From Anaerolineae bacterium (GTDB lineage Bacteria > Chloroflexota > Anaerolineae > B4-G1 > DUEL01): a stretch of 64,000 nucleotides of DNA. The notes beneath the pieces were generated by a model. It had not been told where the DNA came from. It searched no databases and worked only from the letters and a program-made list of their open reading frames with translations. The stretch lies in assembly GCA_025060135.1 (NCBI GenBank), contig JANXCY010000006.1:16205-80204 (forward strand), written 5' to 3'. How positions within the stretch are numbered: the stretch's first letter is position 1; each line of letters begins with the position of its first letter. This document shows, in pieces, positions 39,826-49,605 of this stretch. A program made the translations under genes and the position numbers.

Positions 39826-41316
39826 ATGAGTCTGCTGACTTGTCCTGCGGTACATCCCTGGCTGCGGCGGGGAATCGGGGTCGCCTTCGTGCCCGGCCTC
39901 TCTATGACTGCCATGCTGGAGGAAGTGGTGGAGCGGCTGCTGGCCCGCTTCCGGGCACGAGGAGACGTGATTCAATCCGCCCCCGACCACCAGACCGACC
40001 TTCTCCTGACAACGGCGCCCTTTGCCGAACCGCTCGGCTGGCGACAGTCGCTGCTCCTCACCGCCCGGCGTCGCTTCCGCCTCTCCCGGACGCCCACAGT
40101 GGTTACCCTGGTCCATGCGACCCGGCGGAAATTCCGCTACTTCCTGGACCACTTCCGGCAGGCGCTCTCCCGCCCCGAGCCGGACCCGGTGGATTTTGCC
40201 TTTCCTGGACTGGCTCCGGAGGCCTGGCGCGTGCTGGTGGAGCAAGGACGGCGTGGCGGCCCCCTCCTGGCGCTGGAACGAATGGTTCAGGCCCAGGCCA
40301 AATGCCTGCGCGTCCTCCTGTTCGTGGGAGACGAATCCCCACAGGTCGCCTATGCCTTTGACCTGGTCGGGGCTTATCCCTGCTGTCGGGCCCCGGAGCC
40401 CGACCAGTTTTATGACGACCTGATCCTGCGAATGGTAACCGCGGTCAGCGTGGAAGCAGTAACCCACCACACGCCGGTGGAGCCACCCATCGCGCGTCCG
40501 GTCTGGGAGGCGCTGGAAACGCCCGCTGCCATGGCAGAGGCAGCCCGAGAACTGAGCCATCGGGATTTCTTTACCGAGATGGTCCGCATCGCCGACCTGG
40601 TCCACGTCCCCGCCGTTTCCGACGCCGTGGCGAAACAATACAGCGAGGGGTGCTTTGCCACCTGGGACCCCCACCTGGGTGCCCTGGTCACCACGGTTAC
40701 CGGGAGCGCGCGCCCAGTGGATAAGCGCCAGGTTACCGAAGACGACCTGGCGGTCATCGTGGGCGTCCGGCCCGACCGAAAGGGAGCATTCTACCGGCCA
40801 GTGGAGGGGAAACGCAACGACCCGCCCTCCTCCGAGGCGTTGGAAATGTTCGCGATGGATGGGCCGTTGCCCCAGATTCGTTGGGAGACCCCGGAGGGAA
40901 TCACAGAAGTACCAGTGGCTCGCTCCAAACTACACGGCCATCGGGGAATCGCTGCCTACGACCCTCGGTACGTGGAGTACGTCCCCGTGGCCTACTCCTA
41001 CCAGTGCTATCCGGTCTCCTGCGGGACGAGCGCCCAAGCAGAAGGAATTGTGGAAGCCTTCAGCCGGGCCGAGAGCCTGCGGAATCCAGATGACCCCCGC
41101 GCGGTGGCATTCACCATCCTGCCTGGTCACGGCGTCTTCCTGGTAGAGAAATGGCTGCCGGGGAAAGCGCCTTTCCAGGCCATCTGGGAGTTCATAGACG
41201 CAGGGTACCTGCAGATCGATCGTTTCGTCCCCCAGGGCCCCCTGGAGTACCTCCCTGACCCGATGGGCCGGATGCATGTCCAGGCAGAAGACCCCCTGGA
41301 ATGGTTGCAGGAGTAG
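39826..41316 (+). CDS. Hypothetical protein with C-terminal class II aldolase/adducin-like domain
   Basis: TVTGS, PPSSE, LHGH, SCGT and PGHG match the FucA/AraD Zn and phosphate motifs in order. Confidence 0.7.
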   Translation: MSLLTCPAVHPWLRRGIGVAFVPGLSMTAMLEEVVERLLARFRARGDVIQSAPDHQTDLLLTTAPFAEPLGWRQSLLLTARRRFRLSRTPTVVTLVHATRRKFRYFLDHFRQALSRPEPDPVDFAFPGLAPEAWRVLVEQGRRGGPLLALERMVQAQAKCLRVLLFVGDESPQVAYAFDLVGAYPCCRAPEPDQFYDDLILRMVTAVSVEAVTHHTPVEPPIARPVWEALETPAAMAEAARELSHRDFFTEMVRIADLVHVPAVSDAVAKQYSEGCFATWDPHLGALVTTVTGSARPVDKRQVTEDDLAVIVGVRPDRKGAFYRPVEGKRNDPPSSEALEMFAMDGPLPQIRWETPEGITEVPVARSKLHGHRGIAAYDPRYVEYVPVAYSYQCYPVSCGTSAQAEGIVEAFSRAESLRNPDDPRAVAFTILPGHGVFLVEKWLPGKAPFQAIWEFIDAGYLQIDRFVPQGPLEYLPDPMGRMHVQAEDPLEWLQE

Positions 41317-41444
41317 AGAACAGGCCGCGAATGGCCAGGCCATCCACCGCCCATTGCCCTTTCAGAGAGAAAAGGGAACTCCACCTACCACTCAGACGTC
41401 ATAAATTTTAGCCATCGGCTGAGTTCTTGGAGGAGGTGGGCCCT

Positions 41445-43385
41445 ATGGGAGACATCTTCAGAACCCTGGAGAAGAGCCCCCGATCCGGGTTGACGATTCT
41501 CGCCCTCCTGAGCGCCGGCCTGATGGTCCTGGCGCTGTGCATCCTTGGCGCGGCCATCCTGACCAGCCGGTATGGATGGTTTCCCACCCCCGCGCCGGCC
41601 CCGGCAACTCCCGTCATCCGCCTGACGCCAGAGAACGGCGCCCCCGGCACCTCTATCACCGTGAGTGGCGAAGGCTGGAAGCCGGGAGACACCGTTTTTG
41701 TCGGTCTGGAACGCCCGGACAGAGGACGAACCCCGCTGGCCTCTGCCGCCGTGGGGACGGACGGTCGGTTCACGGCGGTATTCGCAGTGCCCGCCGATGC
41801 GGGAACCGGTGAGCGCGTCCTCTCCGTAGCCGCCTGGTCGTCCACGACCGGCGCTACGGCCAAAGCCGCCCTCTCCATCATCGTGACTGAAACCCCCACC
41901 CCGACCCCGATGCCCACCCACACTGCAACGCCCATCCCCTCCCCGGAACCTACCGCGACAGCCATCCCGGCCCCGCGACCGACCCCAACGGCCTCCCCAA
42001 GGCCGACCCCCCGGCCTACGACCCCGGCTGCCGCCTGGCTTGGAGAGTACTTCACCAACATCTCCCTGAGCGGCCTTCCGGCCTTCGTGCGAAACGATGC
42101 GGAGATCAACTTCACCTGGGGACAGGGTGCGCCCGCCCAGGGGTTCCCGGCCGATAACTTCTCCGTCCGCTGGAATCGCACGGTCCGCTTTGAAGAAGGA
42201 TTATACCGATTCCACGTCCTGGTGGATGATGGGGTACGCCTGTATGTGGACAACGCGCTGGTGATTGATGCCTGGCAGGACGGGAGCCGACGGGAAATTA
42301 CCGGAGACCGGAAGATGACCGCCGGGTCCCATACCCTGCGAGTGGAATACTATGAACGGGGCGGCGACGCGGTGATCCAAGTCTGGTGGGAGAAACTGAC
42401 CGCCTACCCGGACTGGAAGGGGGAATACTGGCCCAACCGGACCCTGAGCGGCTCCCCGGTACTGGTCCGTAACGATGAGAACATCTCGTTCAACTGGGGG
42501 ACCGGTTCGCCTGCGGCCAACCTCCCCGCCAACGGTTTTTCGGCCCGCTGGACCCGTACCCTCTTCTTGGAAGGAGCCACCTACCGGTTCCACGTCATCG
42601 TGGACGACGGAGCGCGCCTGTGGGTGGACGACCAGTTACTCATCAACTCCTGGCACGACGGCAGTGCCCGGGAAATCACAGCGGACATGGCTCTGGTACA
42701 AGGAACCCATAGCCTTCGGGTAGAATATTATGAGAACACCGGAGATGCGCGCATCCAGGTGTGGTGGGAAAAAGTAACACCTTCGTTTCCGAACTGGAAA
42801 GGGGAATACTGGTCCAATCCCCATCTGAGCGGGAACCCCGCGCTGGTTCGCAACGACCTATCGCTGGACTTTGATTGGGGCAGTGGTTCGCCCGCCGCAG
42901 GGCTGCCTCCGGATAACTTCTCCGCCCGGTGGACCCGGCAGATCACCTTTGAGCCGGCCCGCTATCGCCTGCACGCCCAGGCTGACGATGGAGTCCGCAT
43001 CTACGTGGACGACACGCGGGTAGTGGACGAGTGGCACCCCAGCGATGGCAGCCGGGTCTACACGGTGGACCTGCTGCTGACCGGCACCCGACGGCTGACG
43101 GTGGAATATTACGAGGGAGCGGGCAGGGCCCTCATCAAGTTCTGGTGGCAACGGATCGGAGACTGGCCGACACCGACGCCAACCCCCACGCCCACAGCCA
43201 CCCGCACACCCACGGCGACACCCACTGGCACGCCGACGGCGACGCCCACGCGCACGCCGACGCCGAGCCCGACTCCCACGGGGACCCCGACCGCCACGCC
43301 CACGCCGAGCCCGACACCCACCAGCACGCCCACTACCCCACCGACGACGCCGACCCCGGAGCCCTCGCCGACGGCAACGCCCTAA
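41445..43385 (+). CDS. Membrane-anchored protein with Ig-like domain and three PA14 domains
   Basis: N-terminal TM, PT linkers, and three repeats of W.GEY...F.WG.G.P...FS.RW...DDG.R..VD...VEYYE. The 3' end abuts a low-quality tract. Confidence 0.88.
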   Translation: MGDIFRTLEKSPRSGLTILALLSAGLMVLALCILGAAILTSRYGWFPTPAPAPATPVIRLTPENGAPGTSITVSGEGWKPGDTVFVGLERPDRGRTPLASAAVGTDGRFTAVFAVPADAGTGERVLSVAAWSSTTGATAKAALSIIVTETPTPTPMPTHTATPIPSPEPTATAIPAPRPTPTASPRPTPRPTTPAAAWLGEYFTNISLSGLPAFVRNDAEINFTWGQGAPAQGFPADNFSVRWNRTVRFEEGLYRFHVLVDDGVRLYVDNALVIDAWQDGSRREITGDRKMTAGSHTLRVEYYERGGDAVIQVWWEKLTAYPDWKGEYWPNRTLSGSPVLVRNDENISFNWGTGSPAANLPANGFSARWTRTLFLEGATYRFHVIVDDGARLWVDDQLLINSWHDGSAREITADMALVQGTHSLRVEYYENTGDARIQVWWEKVTPSFPNWKGEYWSNPHLSGNPALVRNDLSLDFDWGSGSPAAGLPPDNFSARWTRQITFEPARYRLHAQADDGVRIYVDDTRVVDEWHPSDGSRVYTVDLLLTGTRRLTVEYYEGAGRALIKFWWQRIGDWPTPTPTPTPTATRTPTATPTGTPTATPTRTPTPSPTPTGTPTATPTPSPTPTSTPTTPPTTPTPEPSPTATP

Positions 43386-43551
43386 TCCCAAAGCCCAAAG
43401 AAAAGCGGGGGGGGGGGGGGGGGGGGGGGGCCCCCCCCCCCCCGCGCCCCCCCCGGCGCCCCCGCCCCCGCCACCCCCCAACCCCCCACCCCCACCCCCC
43501 CGGGGGGGGGGGGGGGCTTTGCCGCCCGCCCTCCGCTTCAGGCCACCGGGT

Positions 43552-43573
43552 CCAGGCTAACAGCCTGGGCTAC
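43552..43573 (-). repeat. GTAG REP-like element
   Basis: Reverse complement reads GTAG-CCCAGGC-TGTTA-GCCTGG. Confidence 0.7.
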
Positions 43574-43676
43574 GTGGCGCAACGCCAATCCATCGGGCCA
43601 ACCGCCGTGCCAAGCGAACCGTTCACGTCGGGCCAGCAGGCTCTTTCTGCCACACAAACGACACGGGCCCGCTGCA

Positions 43677-44972
43677 TCAGCACTCCCTCTGCCCTCGCCG
43701 CCCATGGGCCAGGGCCATCCCAATCCACCCTCCCAGGAATCCCAGAAGACCGATAACGACGATTCCCGCCACCTGGGCAATCATCTGGCCGGGGCCATCG
43801 CCGAGGAAGCCCGGGGCTACAAAGAAGCCACTGACTCCCTGTCCGATCACTGTGCGGTAGACCTCGGCGCCCACACCATTCCAACCCTGCCCCCAGCGCC
43901 CATCGGCGAAGAGAGCAACCGCCAGCAGTCCCCACAGTCCGGGGAGAACGGCTGTGGCCACTGCCGCGCTTCCGTCGGCCAGCCGCAGCACCCGGTCTAC
44001 CAGATAGACTCCCAGTGGGACCAGCAGTCCGGCTACGCCGCCGACCACCAGCGCGGCCCAGGGGGGAAGGAACGGCGCCCCGGCGGAGATGGCGACCAAT
44101 CCTCCAGCCGCGCCGCGCGCCCCCATCAGAGGGTCGCCGTGTCCCAGAGCCAGCCAGCAGTACAGAAGAGCCGTCAACGTTGCCCCGGCAATCGCCAGCA
44201 GGCCATTCACGGCCATCGCCCCGGCATCCAGGCGGGCTCCTTCGGCGTGCAGAGGGACATTCAGCGACCAGCCCAGCCAGCCAACGGCGGCAAGGAGGGC
44301 ACCCAGGTTGGCCAGCAAGGGGAAGTGGGCTGGGGGCATCTCGGCGGGCCCTTCCTGGGGAGGGGTCCGTCCCAGCGCGAGCAGCCCGCCCCAGGCCACC
44401 ATCCCGCCCAGCAGGTAGACGACTCCGCTGCCGGCGTAGTCCACTGTTCCGTGGCCGCGCGCCAACGTCTGGCCCAGGGAGGCCAACCACCCTCCACCCC
44501 ATACCCAGCAGGCCGCCAGGGGAAAAACGAACGCCGCCGTTGCCAGACCCACCAGGGCCACCCATCCGCCGCCTGCCCGTCCGAAAAGGGCCAGCATCGG
44601 AATCAGGACTGCCGTTGCAACCATCGGCAGGTAGGCCATAAAAAGAGCCAGTATCTGAGAAGCCTCCGCCGGACTGCCCAGGAAGAACCCTTTCAGCCCG
44701 ATGACCCCCCATCCCAGGCCCCGAACCCGGTCCAGGGGCGACCAGATGCTATCCAGCGCTTCCAGGCCGGGCCGATCCGAGAAGACCGCCGCGCCCCCCA
44801 GGTGGAACGCAAAGCCCGTGGCAAAGTAGCCCACCGTCGCCAGCGCCAGCACCAACACGCCGTACACCGCCGCCCGACGAGCCCGCTCCGGCTCCATCCC
44901 GCTCCACCCCAACAGGAAGAAACCGACCGGGAGCAAGTAACCCAGTGTCCATTGCATTCCGTTGTCGCCCAT
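43677..44972 (-). CDS. Ammonium transporter (Amt) family protein, divergent
   Basis: WVWGGGWL, DYAGSGVV, GLVAISAG and GQMIAQVAG motifs with about 11 TM helices; both pore His residues are substituted. Confidence 0.85.
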   Translation of the reverse strand: MGDNGMQWTLGYLLPVGFFLLGWSGMEPERARRAAVYGVLVLALATVGYFATGFAFHLGGAAVFSDRPGLEALDSIWSPLDRVRGLGWGVIGLKGFFLGSPAEASQILALFMAYLPMVATAVLIPMLALFGRAGGGWVALVGLATAAFVFPLAACWVWGGGWLASLGQTLARGHGTVDYAGSGVVYLLGGMVAWGGLLALGRTPPQEGPAEMPPAHFPLLANLGALLAAVGWLGWSLNVPLHAEGARLDAGAMAVNGLLAIAGATLTALLYCWLALGHGDPLMGARGAAGGLVAISAGAPFLPPWAALVVGGVAGLLVPLGVYLVDRVLRLADGSAAVATAVLPGLWGLLAVALFADGRWGQGWNGVGAEVYRTVIGQGVSGFFVAPGFLGDGPGQMIAQVAGIVVIGLLGFLGGWIGMALAHGRRGQREC

Positions 44973-45264
44973 AATCGGCTCCTACCCCATCTGGAGATCC
45001 TGCTCTGGATCGGTCCTGCCCCGGTCCGGGACTGATCAACGCCCCGGCCAAGGGCTGTTCAATTTCTGGATTGGATACCTTTTCCCGATCTGTGGGAAGG
45101 ATTAAGAAAATATTTCAATTTTATCCCGCTTGGCGAGATTATAGAAAAGCCCTGCCTCCACCGATGCCCGGTTGACGCGGGGCATTTTTGGGGTAAAATG
45201 AGATCCAGAGCCCCTTCCGCAGATGGCTCTATCTTACCAGAATTCGAGGTTTTTGCCAATCGGA

Positions 45265-45846
45265 ATGGGCCACGGAGAAGAAACACCGGGAAACGAAGAA
45301 CAAGCCACCGATGGGAGTCTCCGCCTACTGGCCGACGGGATGCTGGGACGGCTGGCCCGGTGGCTCCGACTCCTGGGATACGACACCGCCTACGAGAACC
45401 ATGCTGACGACCTGGAACTGGCCCGGCGTGCTCGAGCGGAGGGCCGTATCCTGCTGACCCGCGACCGCGCGCTGGCTGCCCGGCGGGGCCTCCGTTCCCT
45501 GCTGATAGAGTCGGAGCACGTACAGGAACAAGTCCGGCAGGTGGTGGAGACGCTGGGCCCGCCTCCCCACCCCGCCCTTTCCCGCTGCAGCCTCTGCAAT
45601 GTACCCTTAGAACCGGCCACCCCTCGGCAGGTCGCTGATCGGGTGCCGCCATACGTCCTGCAGACCCAGCGCCGCTTCGGGGTCTGCCCGGCTTGCAGAC
45701 GGGTCTACTGGGCTGGTACGCATCTCCAGCACATGCGGCGCTACCTCCGCAGCCCCCTGGCCGGACGGCTGCTCAGCGATCCGCCTGCTGAATCCCCTGT
45801 CGCTGCCAGTACCGCCAGCGCATCAGCGCCAGAACCCGGGGCATGA
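45265..45846 (+). CDS. Mut7-C RNase domain protein (PIN-like plus Zn ribbon)
   Basis: LADGMLGRLARWLRLLGYD, LLTRD, RCSLCN and CPACRRVYWAGTH motifs. Confidence 0.9.
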   Translation: MGHGEETPGNEEQATDGSLRLLADGMLGRLARWLRLLGYDTAYENHADDLELARRARAEGRILLTRDRALAARRGLRSLLIESEHVQEQVRQVVETLGPPPHPALSRCSLCNVPLEPATPRQVADRVPPYVLQTQRRFGVCPACRRVYWAGTHLQHMRRYLRSPLAGRLLSDPPAESPVAASTASASAPEPGA

Positions 45847-46828
45847 GCGCCATATACAGCCGGTAGCCCAGGGGGTGGGCGGGGAAATCCCAGGCCCCGA
45901 TGTGTCGCACCAGACGGGCACCAAACCCGGCCTTGAAGCGGTAGACCCCCCACATCGGGTCGGATTCATCGGGCGTGTCCGGTGCTCCCCAGAGGTCATA
46001 GACGGTGCAGCCCTGTTGCCGGGCCCAGCGGATGGCTTCCCACTGGAGCAGATGGTTGGGCATCCAGTCCCGGTATACGGAGCGGGAAGCGCCGTACATA
46101 TACCATGCCCGTTGCCCAAACCGGAACAATATCACCATCGCCACCGGCTCCCCGGCCACCTCCGCCACCAGGGGACAGGCCAGCCCGGCTGCGATGAACG
46201 TCCCCCACGCGTCCTGATAATACTCCTCGGGCCGGATGACAAAACGGTCCCGTATACTGGTCTCCTGGTACATCCGATAGAGAAGCGACAGGTCCGCCAG
46301 TGTCCCCTCCCGAATGGTTACCCCCTTCCGCTGGGCCAGCCGGATGTTGTAGCGCCACTTAGGTTTCATCCGCGCCAGAATCTCCTCCGGTGAAGCCCTC
46401 AGGTCCAGCAGCAGCGTGCTGCGGAACTGAACCTGCTCGGGGGAAGGAAGCCATCCTCGAGCCTGTAAGACTGTCGTTACCCGCTCCCCCAGGGGCGATT
46501 CCGCCTCCACATCGGGGTCTATTTTCAGAAACAGAGCCTTCTGAGCCCGGGCCAGCGTCTCCAGATCGCTCAGTACTGCCTGGAGCAGGCTCTCGTCCTC
46601 ATAGGGCAACAACGGCCCTTTGGGAACGTACATCACTCGGGGCAAGAAGCGACTGGCACGGCGAGAGAGGACCAGCGCGGCCGCCCGGGGAAGCCCGTCC
46701 GCCTCCCAGAGCAACGGTATCATCCGCCATCCCTGCCGTTCTTTGAACGCCCCCCATTCCCAGGTCTGGAGAACATGGGGGGCTGGCAGACGCAGGAGCG
46801 CATCGTTCCACGCCCAGGGGTCAGCCAT
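45773..46828 (-). CDS. FemABX-family peptidoglycan bridge aminoacyltransferase
   Basis: [37 protein letters not shown] and [10 protein letters not shown] motifs. Start is 46828 or 46852. Confidence 0.9.
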   Translation of the reverse strand: MADPWAWNDALLRLPAPHVLQTWEWGAFKERQGWRMIPLLWEADGLPRAAALVLSRRASRFLPRVMYVPKGPLLPYEDESLLQAVLSDLETLARAQKALFLKIDPDVEAESPLGERVTTVLQARGWLPSPEQVQFRSTLLLDLRASPEEILARMKPKWRYNIRLAQRKGVTIREGTLADLSLLYRMYQETSIRDRFVIRPEEYYQDAWGTFIAAGLACPLVAEVAGEPVAMVILFRFGQRAWYMYGASRSVYRDWMPNHLLQWEAIRWARQQGCTVYDLWGAPDTPDESDPMWGVYRFKAGFGARLVRHIGAWDFPAHPLGYRLYMALMPRVLALMRWRYWQRQGIQQADR

Positions 46829-46992
46829 TCGTTGGACTCTTAGACCAACCATTGCCACGGGGCTATTATACACCGTTCCCAAAAACCCGCAGACCTCTGC
46901 CACGGAGTAGCCGCTCCTATCCAGCGCCGCCGGTTGCGCGTTTGGCGGAAACGGGGTATCATCCTCCTGACCCCTGGTACCTCGGAGGAGGT

Positions 46993-47976
46993 ATGAATAT
47001 CCTGGTTACTGGAGGCGCCGGATACATCGGTAGCATTGTTACAGAAGAATTGATTCGGCGGGGATATTCGGTGATTGTCCTGGATAATCTCTCCACAGGC
47101 CATCGCGCCGCCGTCCCCCCTCAGGCCACTTTTGTCTATGGAGACCTGGCCGACCGGCGGGTCCTCCGCGCCGTCTTTGAAACCTACTCGATAGACGCTG
47201 TCATGCACTTCGCCGCCCATATTATGGCGCCGGAGTCTATGGAGGTACCTTTCAAGTACCTCCGGGATAACGTCTGCAACGGGCTGAACCTACTGGAGGA
47301 GGCATTGATCCACGGAGTACGCCGGTTCATTCTCTCCTCCACGGCCAACCTGTACGACCGACCAAAACGCATCCCGATAGATGAGGAAGAGGAAGTGATC
47401 CCCGGCACACCTTATGGGGAGTCCAAATACATTCTGGAGCGGATTCTGGCCTGGATGGACCGGATCTACGGCCTTCGGTACGCGGCGCTCCGGTACTTCA
47501 ACGCCGCCGGAGCCTCCCCTTCCGGGGAACGGGGGGAAGACCACCGTCCTGAAAGCCATCTGATCCCCTTGGTTCTTCAGGTGGCGCTGGGGTTACGGGA
47601 TAAAATCATCATTTATGGGGACGATTATCCAACCCGCGATGGGACCTGTATCCGGGATTACATCCACGTTACCGACCTGGCACAGGCTCACATTCTGGCA
47701 CTGGAGGCCCTGGATCGGGGAAGTCGGATATACAACTTGGGTAACGGGCAGGGGTTCACGGTCAAAGAAGTCATAGAGACCTGCCGAGAGGTTACTGGGC
47801 ATCCCATCCCGGCAGAGGTAGGCCCCCGGCGACCCGGCGACGTGGCGATTCTGGTCGCCAGCAGCGAGCGGATCCGCCGTGAGTTAGGCTGGGAACCGAA
47901 GTATCCCGACCTGCGCACCATCGTCGAACATGCCTGGAACTGGCACCGGACCCATCCGCACGGGTATCCGGACTGA
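46993..47976 (+). CDS. galE: UDP-glucose 4-epimerase
   Basis: [34 protein letters not shown] and RRPGD motifs. Confidence 0.96.
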   Translation: MNILVTGGAGYIGSIVTEELIRRGYSVIVLDNLSTGHRAAVPPQATFVYGDLADRRVLRAVFETYSIDAVMHFAAHIMAPESMEVPFKYLRDNVCNGLNLLEEALIHGVRRFILSSTANLYDRPKRIPIDEEEEVIPGTPYGESKYILERILAWMDRIYGLRYAALRYFNAAGASPSGERGEDHRPESHLIPLVLQVALGLRDKIIIYGDDYPTRDGTCIRDYIHVTDLAQAHILALEALDRGSRIYNLGNGQGFTVKEVIETCREVTGHPIPAEVGPRRPGDVAILVASSERIRRELGWEPKYPDLRTIVEHAWNWHRTHPHGYPD

Positions 47977-47998
47977 GAACACAGGATTGGGAAAGCCT

Positions 47999-48047
47999 GT
48001 AGCCCAGGCCGCCCAGCCGATGTGTGCGGGCTACCCCCCTGTGCTAC
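47999..48047. repeat. Degenerate GTAG...CTAC REP doublet
   Basis: gtagcccaggccgccc...cctgtgctac lies between the convergent galE and ltaE genes. Confidence 0.55.
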
Positions 48048-48194
48048 ACCTTTAGCCTGTTCGGACATGCTCGGAGGGACGAAACCCTGAGAAGAGCCAT
48101 CGTTCGTGCGGTTCAACGCTGTTCCGCCCTGACGAACTGCGAGCGCTTTTCAACCCCGGCGGCGTCTTTCGGACACGCTGAGAGGAAAATCCGA

Positions 48195-49229
48195 TTATGC
48201 CGATAGCGCCACCTGAACCGCGCGCAGCGTGGCTTCTATATCCTCATCGGTGATCCAGTAGTGGGTAACGGCCCGAAAGCGTCCGTCCTCCCGTCCCAGG
48301 ACCAGCACCCCTTGCTCCCGGAGGCGGCGGATGAACTCCTGAGGAACCAGGGGCACCTCGGCGTCCAGCCAGAAGTAAAGGATATTGGTATAGACGGGGC
48401 CCACCTGGATGCCGGGGATCTGGGCCAGCCCTTCCGCCAGCCGACGGGCGCGGGCGTGGTCTTCCGCCAGTCGTTCGGTCATCTGCTCCAAGGCAACGAT
48501 TCCCGCCGCTGCCAGAATCCCGGCCTGGCGCATGCCGCCGCCCACCACCTTGCGCGCTCGCCGTGCCTCATAAATGAAGTCAGCGCTCCCGCAGAGAACA
48601 GACCCCACCGGCGCACACAGCCCTTTGGAAAGGCAAAACATCACCGAATCCACTTCCCGCACCAGGTCCCGCACGTCGCAGTTCAGGGCAGCGGCGGCGT
48701 TGAAAATGCGGGCCCCATCCAGATGCACCCGCAGGCCATGGGCATGGGCCAGCGCAGCAACGGCAGCCGTGTACTCCGCTGTGAGCGGCGCTCCATCGCA
48801 CAGGTTATGGGTGTTCTCCAGGCAGATCAGGCGGGTACGCGGGAAGTGAACATTCTCTGGCCGGATCGCGGCCTGGATCTCCTCCAGCCGCAGAGTGCCA
48901 TCGGGCTGATTGGACAGAGGGCGGGGAGTGATGCCGCCCAGTGCAGCCATCCCGCCCTGTTCGTAGAGGAAAGTATGACTGCGGTCGCCCAGGATGACCT
49001 CATCCCCCCGACCGCAGTGGGTCAGCAGAGCCACCAGATTGCCCATCGTTCCGCTGGCAACAAAGAGCGCCGCCTCTTTTCCCATTCGCTCCGCCGCCAT
49101 CTCCTCCAACCGCCGGACCGTGGGGTCTTCTCCGAAGACATCGTCCCCTACCTCTGCCCGAGACATGGCCTCCCGCATCGCGGGAGTGGGGGGAGTTACC
49201 GTGTCGCTACGCAGGTCGATGCACCGCAT
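48195..49229 (-). CDS. ltaE: Low-specificity L-threonine aldolase
   Basis: DLRSDTVT, GDDVFGEDPT, SGTMGN, LENTHN, HLDGARIFNA and CLSKGL motifs. Confidence 0.95.
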   Translation of the reverse strand: MRCIDLRSDTVTPPTPAMREAMSRAEVGDDVFGEDPTVRRLEEMAAERMGKEAALFVASGTMGNLVALLTHCGRGDEVILGDRSHTFLYEQGGMAALGGITPRPLSNQPDGTLRLEEIQAAIRPENVHFPRTRLICLENTHNLCDGAPLTAEYTAAVAALAHAHGLRVHLDGARIFNAAAALNCDVRDLVREVDSVMFCLSKGLCAPVGSVLCGSADFIYEARRARKVVGGGMRQAGILAAAGIVALEQMTERLAEDHARARRLAEGLAQIPGIQVGPVYTNILYFWLDAEVPLVPQEFIRRLREQGVLVLGREDGRFRAVTHYWITDEDIEATLRAVQVALSA

Positions 49230-49250
49230 ACCTGACCTCCTCAGGATAGC

Positions 49251-49279
49251 AAAAAGCAGGCTGGCTTGTCCCAGCCTGC
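49251..49279 (-). terminator. Intrinsic terminator between tRNA-Phe and ltaE
   Basis: GCAGGCTGG-GACAAG-CCAGCCTGC-TTTTT on the minus strand. Confidence 0.7.
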
Positions 49280-49394
49280 CGGAACCGGTACTCGCGCTTC
49301 TCCTGCTGGAATTCAAAAAGGAACCCGGCCGATCGCGGGCAGGCTCGTCGTACTCAAAGGCGCCCCCCTGAGCCGCCCATCCAGGCTCCCCAGG

Positions 49395-49468
49395 TGCCGA
49401 GGGGCGGATTTGGACCGCCGACTCCCTGATTTTCAGTCAGGTGCTCTACCAGGCTGAGCTACCTCGGC
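49395..49468 (-). tRNA. tRNA-Phe(GAA)
   Basis: Acceptor GCCGAGG/CCTCGGC, anticodon arm CCTGA-CTGAAAA-TCAGG, T arm GGCGG-TCCAAAT-CCGCC. CCA is not encoded. Confidence 0.93.
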
Positions 49469-49486
49469 GCTTGTTAGGTGGAAATT

Positions 49487-49557
49487 ATTTTACCACACTT
49501 TCCTGTTTTCGCAAGCGCTCACGTTCCCTTGCCAACTTCCCCGTTTTCTGTTATTAT
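49487..49557. promoter_or_regulatory. Back-to-back sigma70 promoters (tRNA-Phe and PBP)
   Basis: Minus strand TTGCGA-16-TAAAAT (49514-49487); plus strand TTGCCA-17-TATTAT (49529-49557); both have extended TG. Confidence 0.65.
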
Positions 49558-49605
49558 AGAAAGCGTATCCGATGGGCCGCGCTTGCATCCCGGAGAGGAG
49601 GTTTC

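Noticed and set aside
43406-43516. G-quadruplex or phase-variable homopolymer tract
   Set aside because: The pattern is typical of low-quality read or assembly noise and cannot be trusted without reads.
45265-45846. Toxin-antitoxin module around the Mut7-C RNase
   Set aside because: No adjacent small antitoxin ORF; stand-alone Mut7-C proteins are common.
49230-49392. Glycine riboswitch, T-box or SRP RNA upstream of ltaE
   Set aside because: I could not find the consensus motifs of any of these RNAs.
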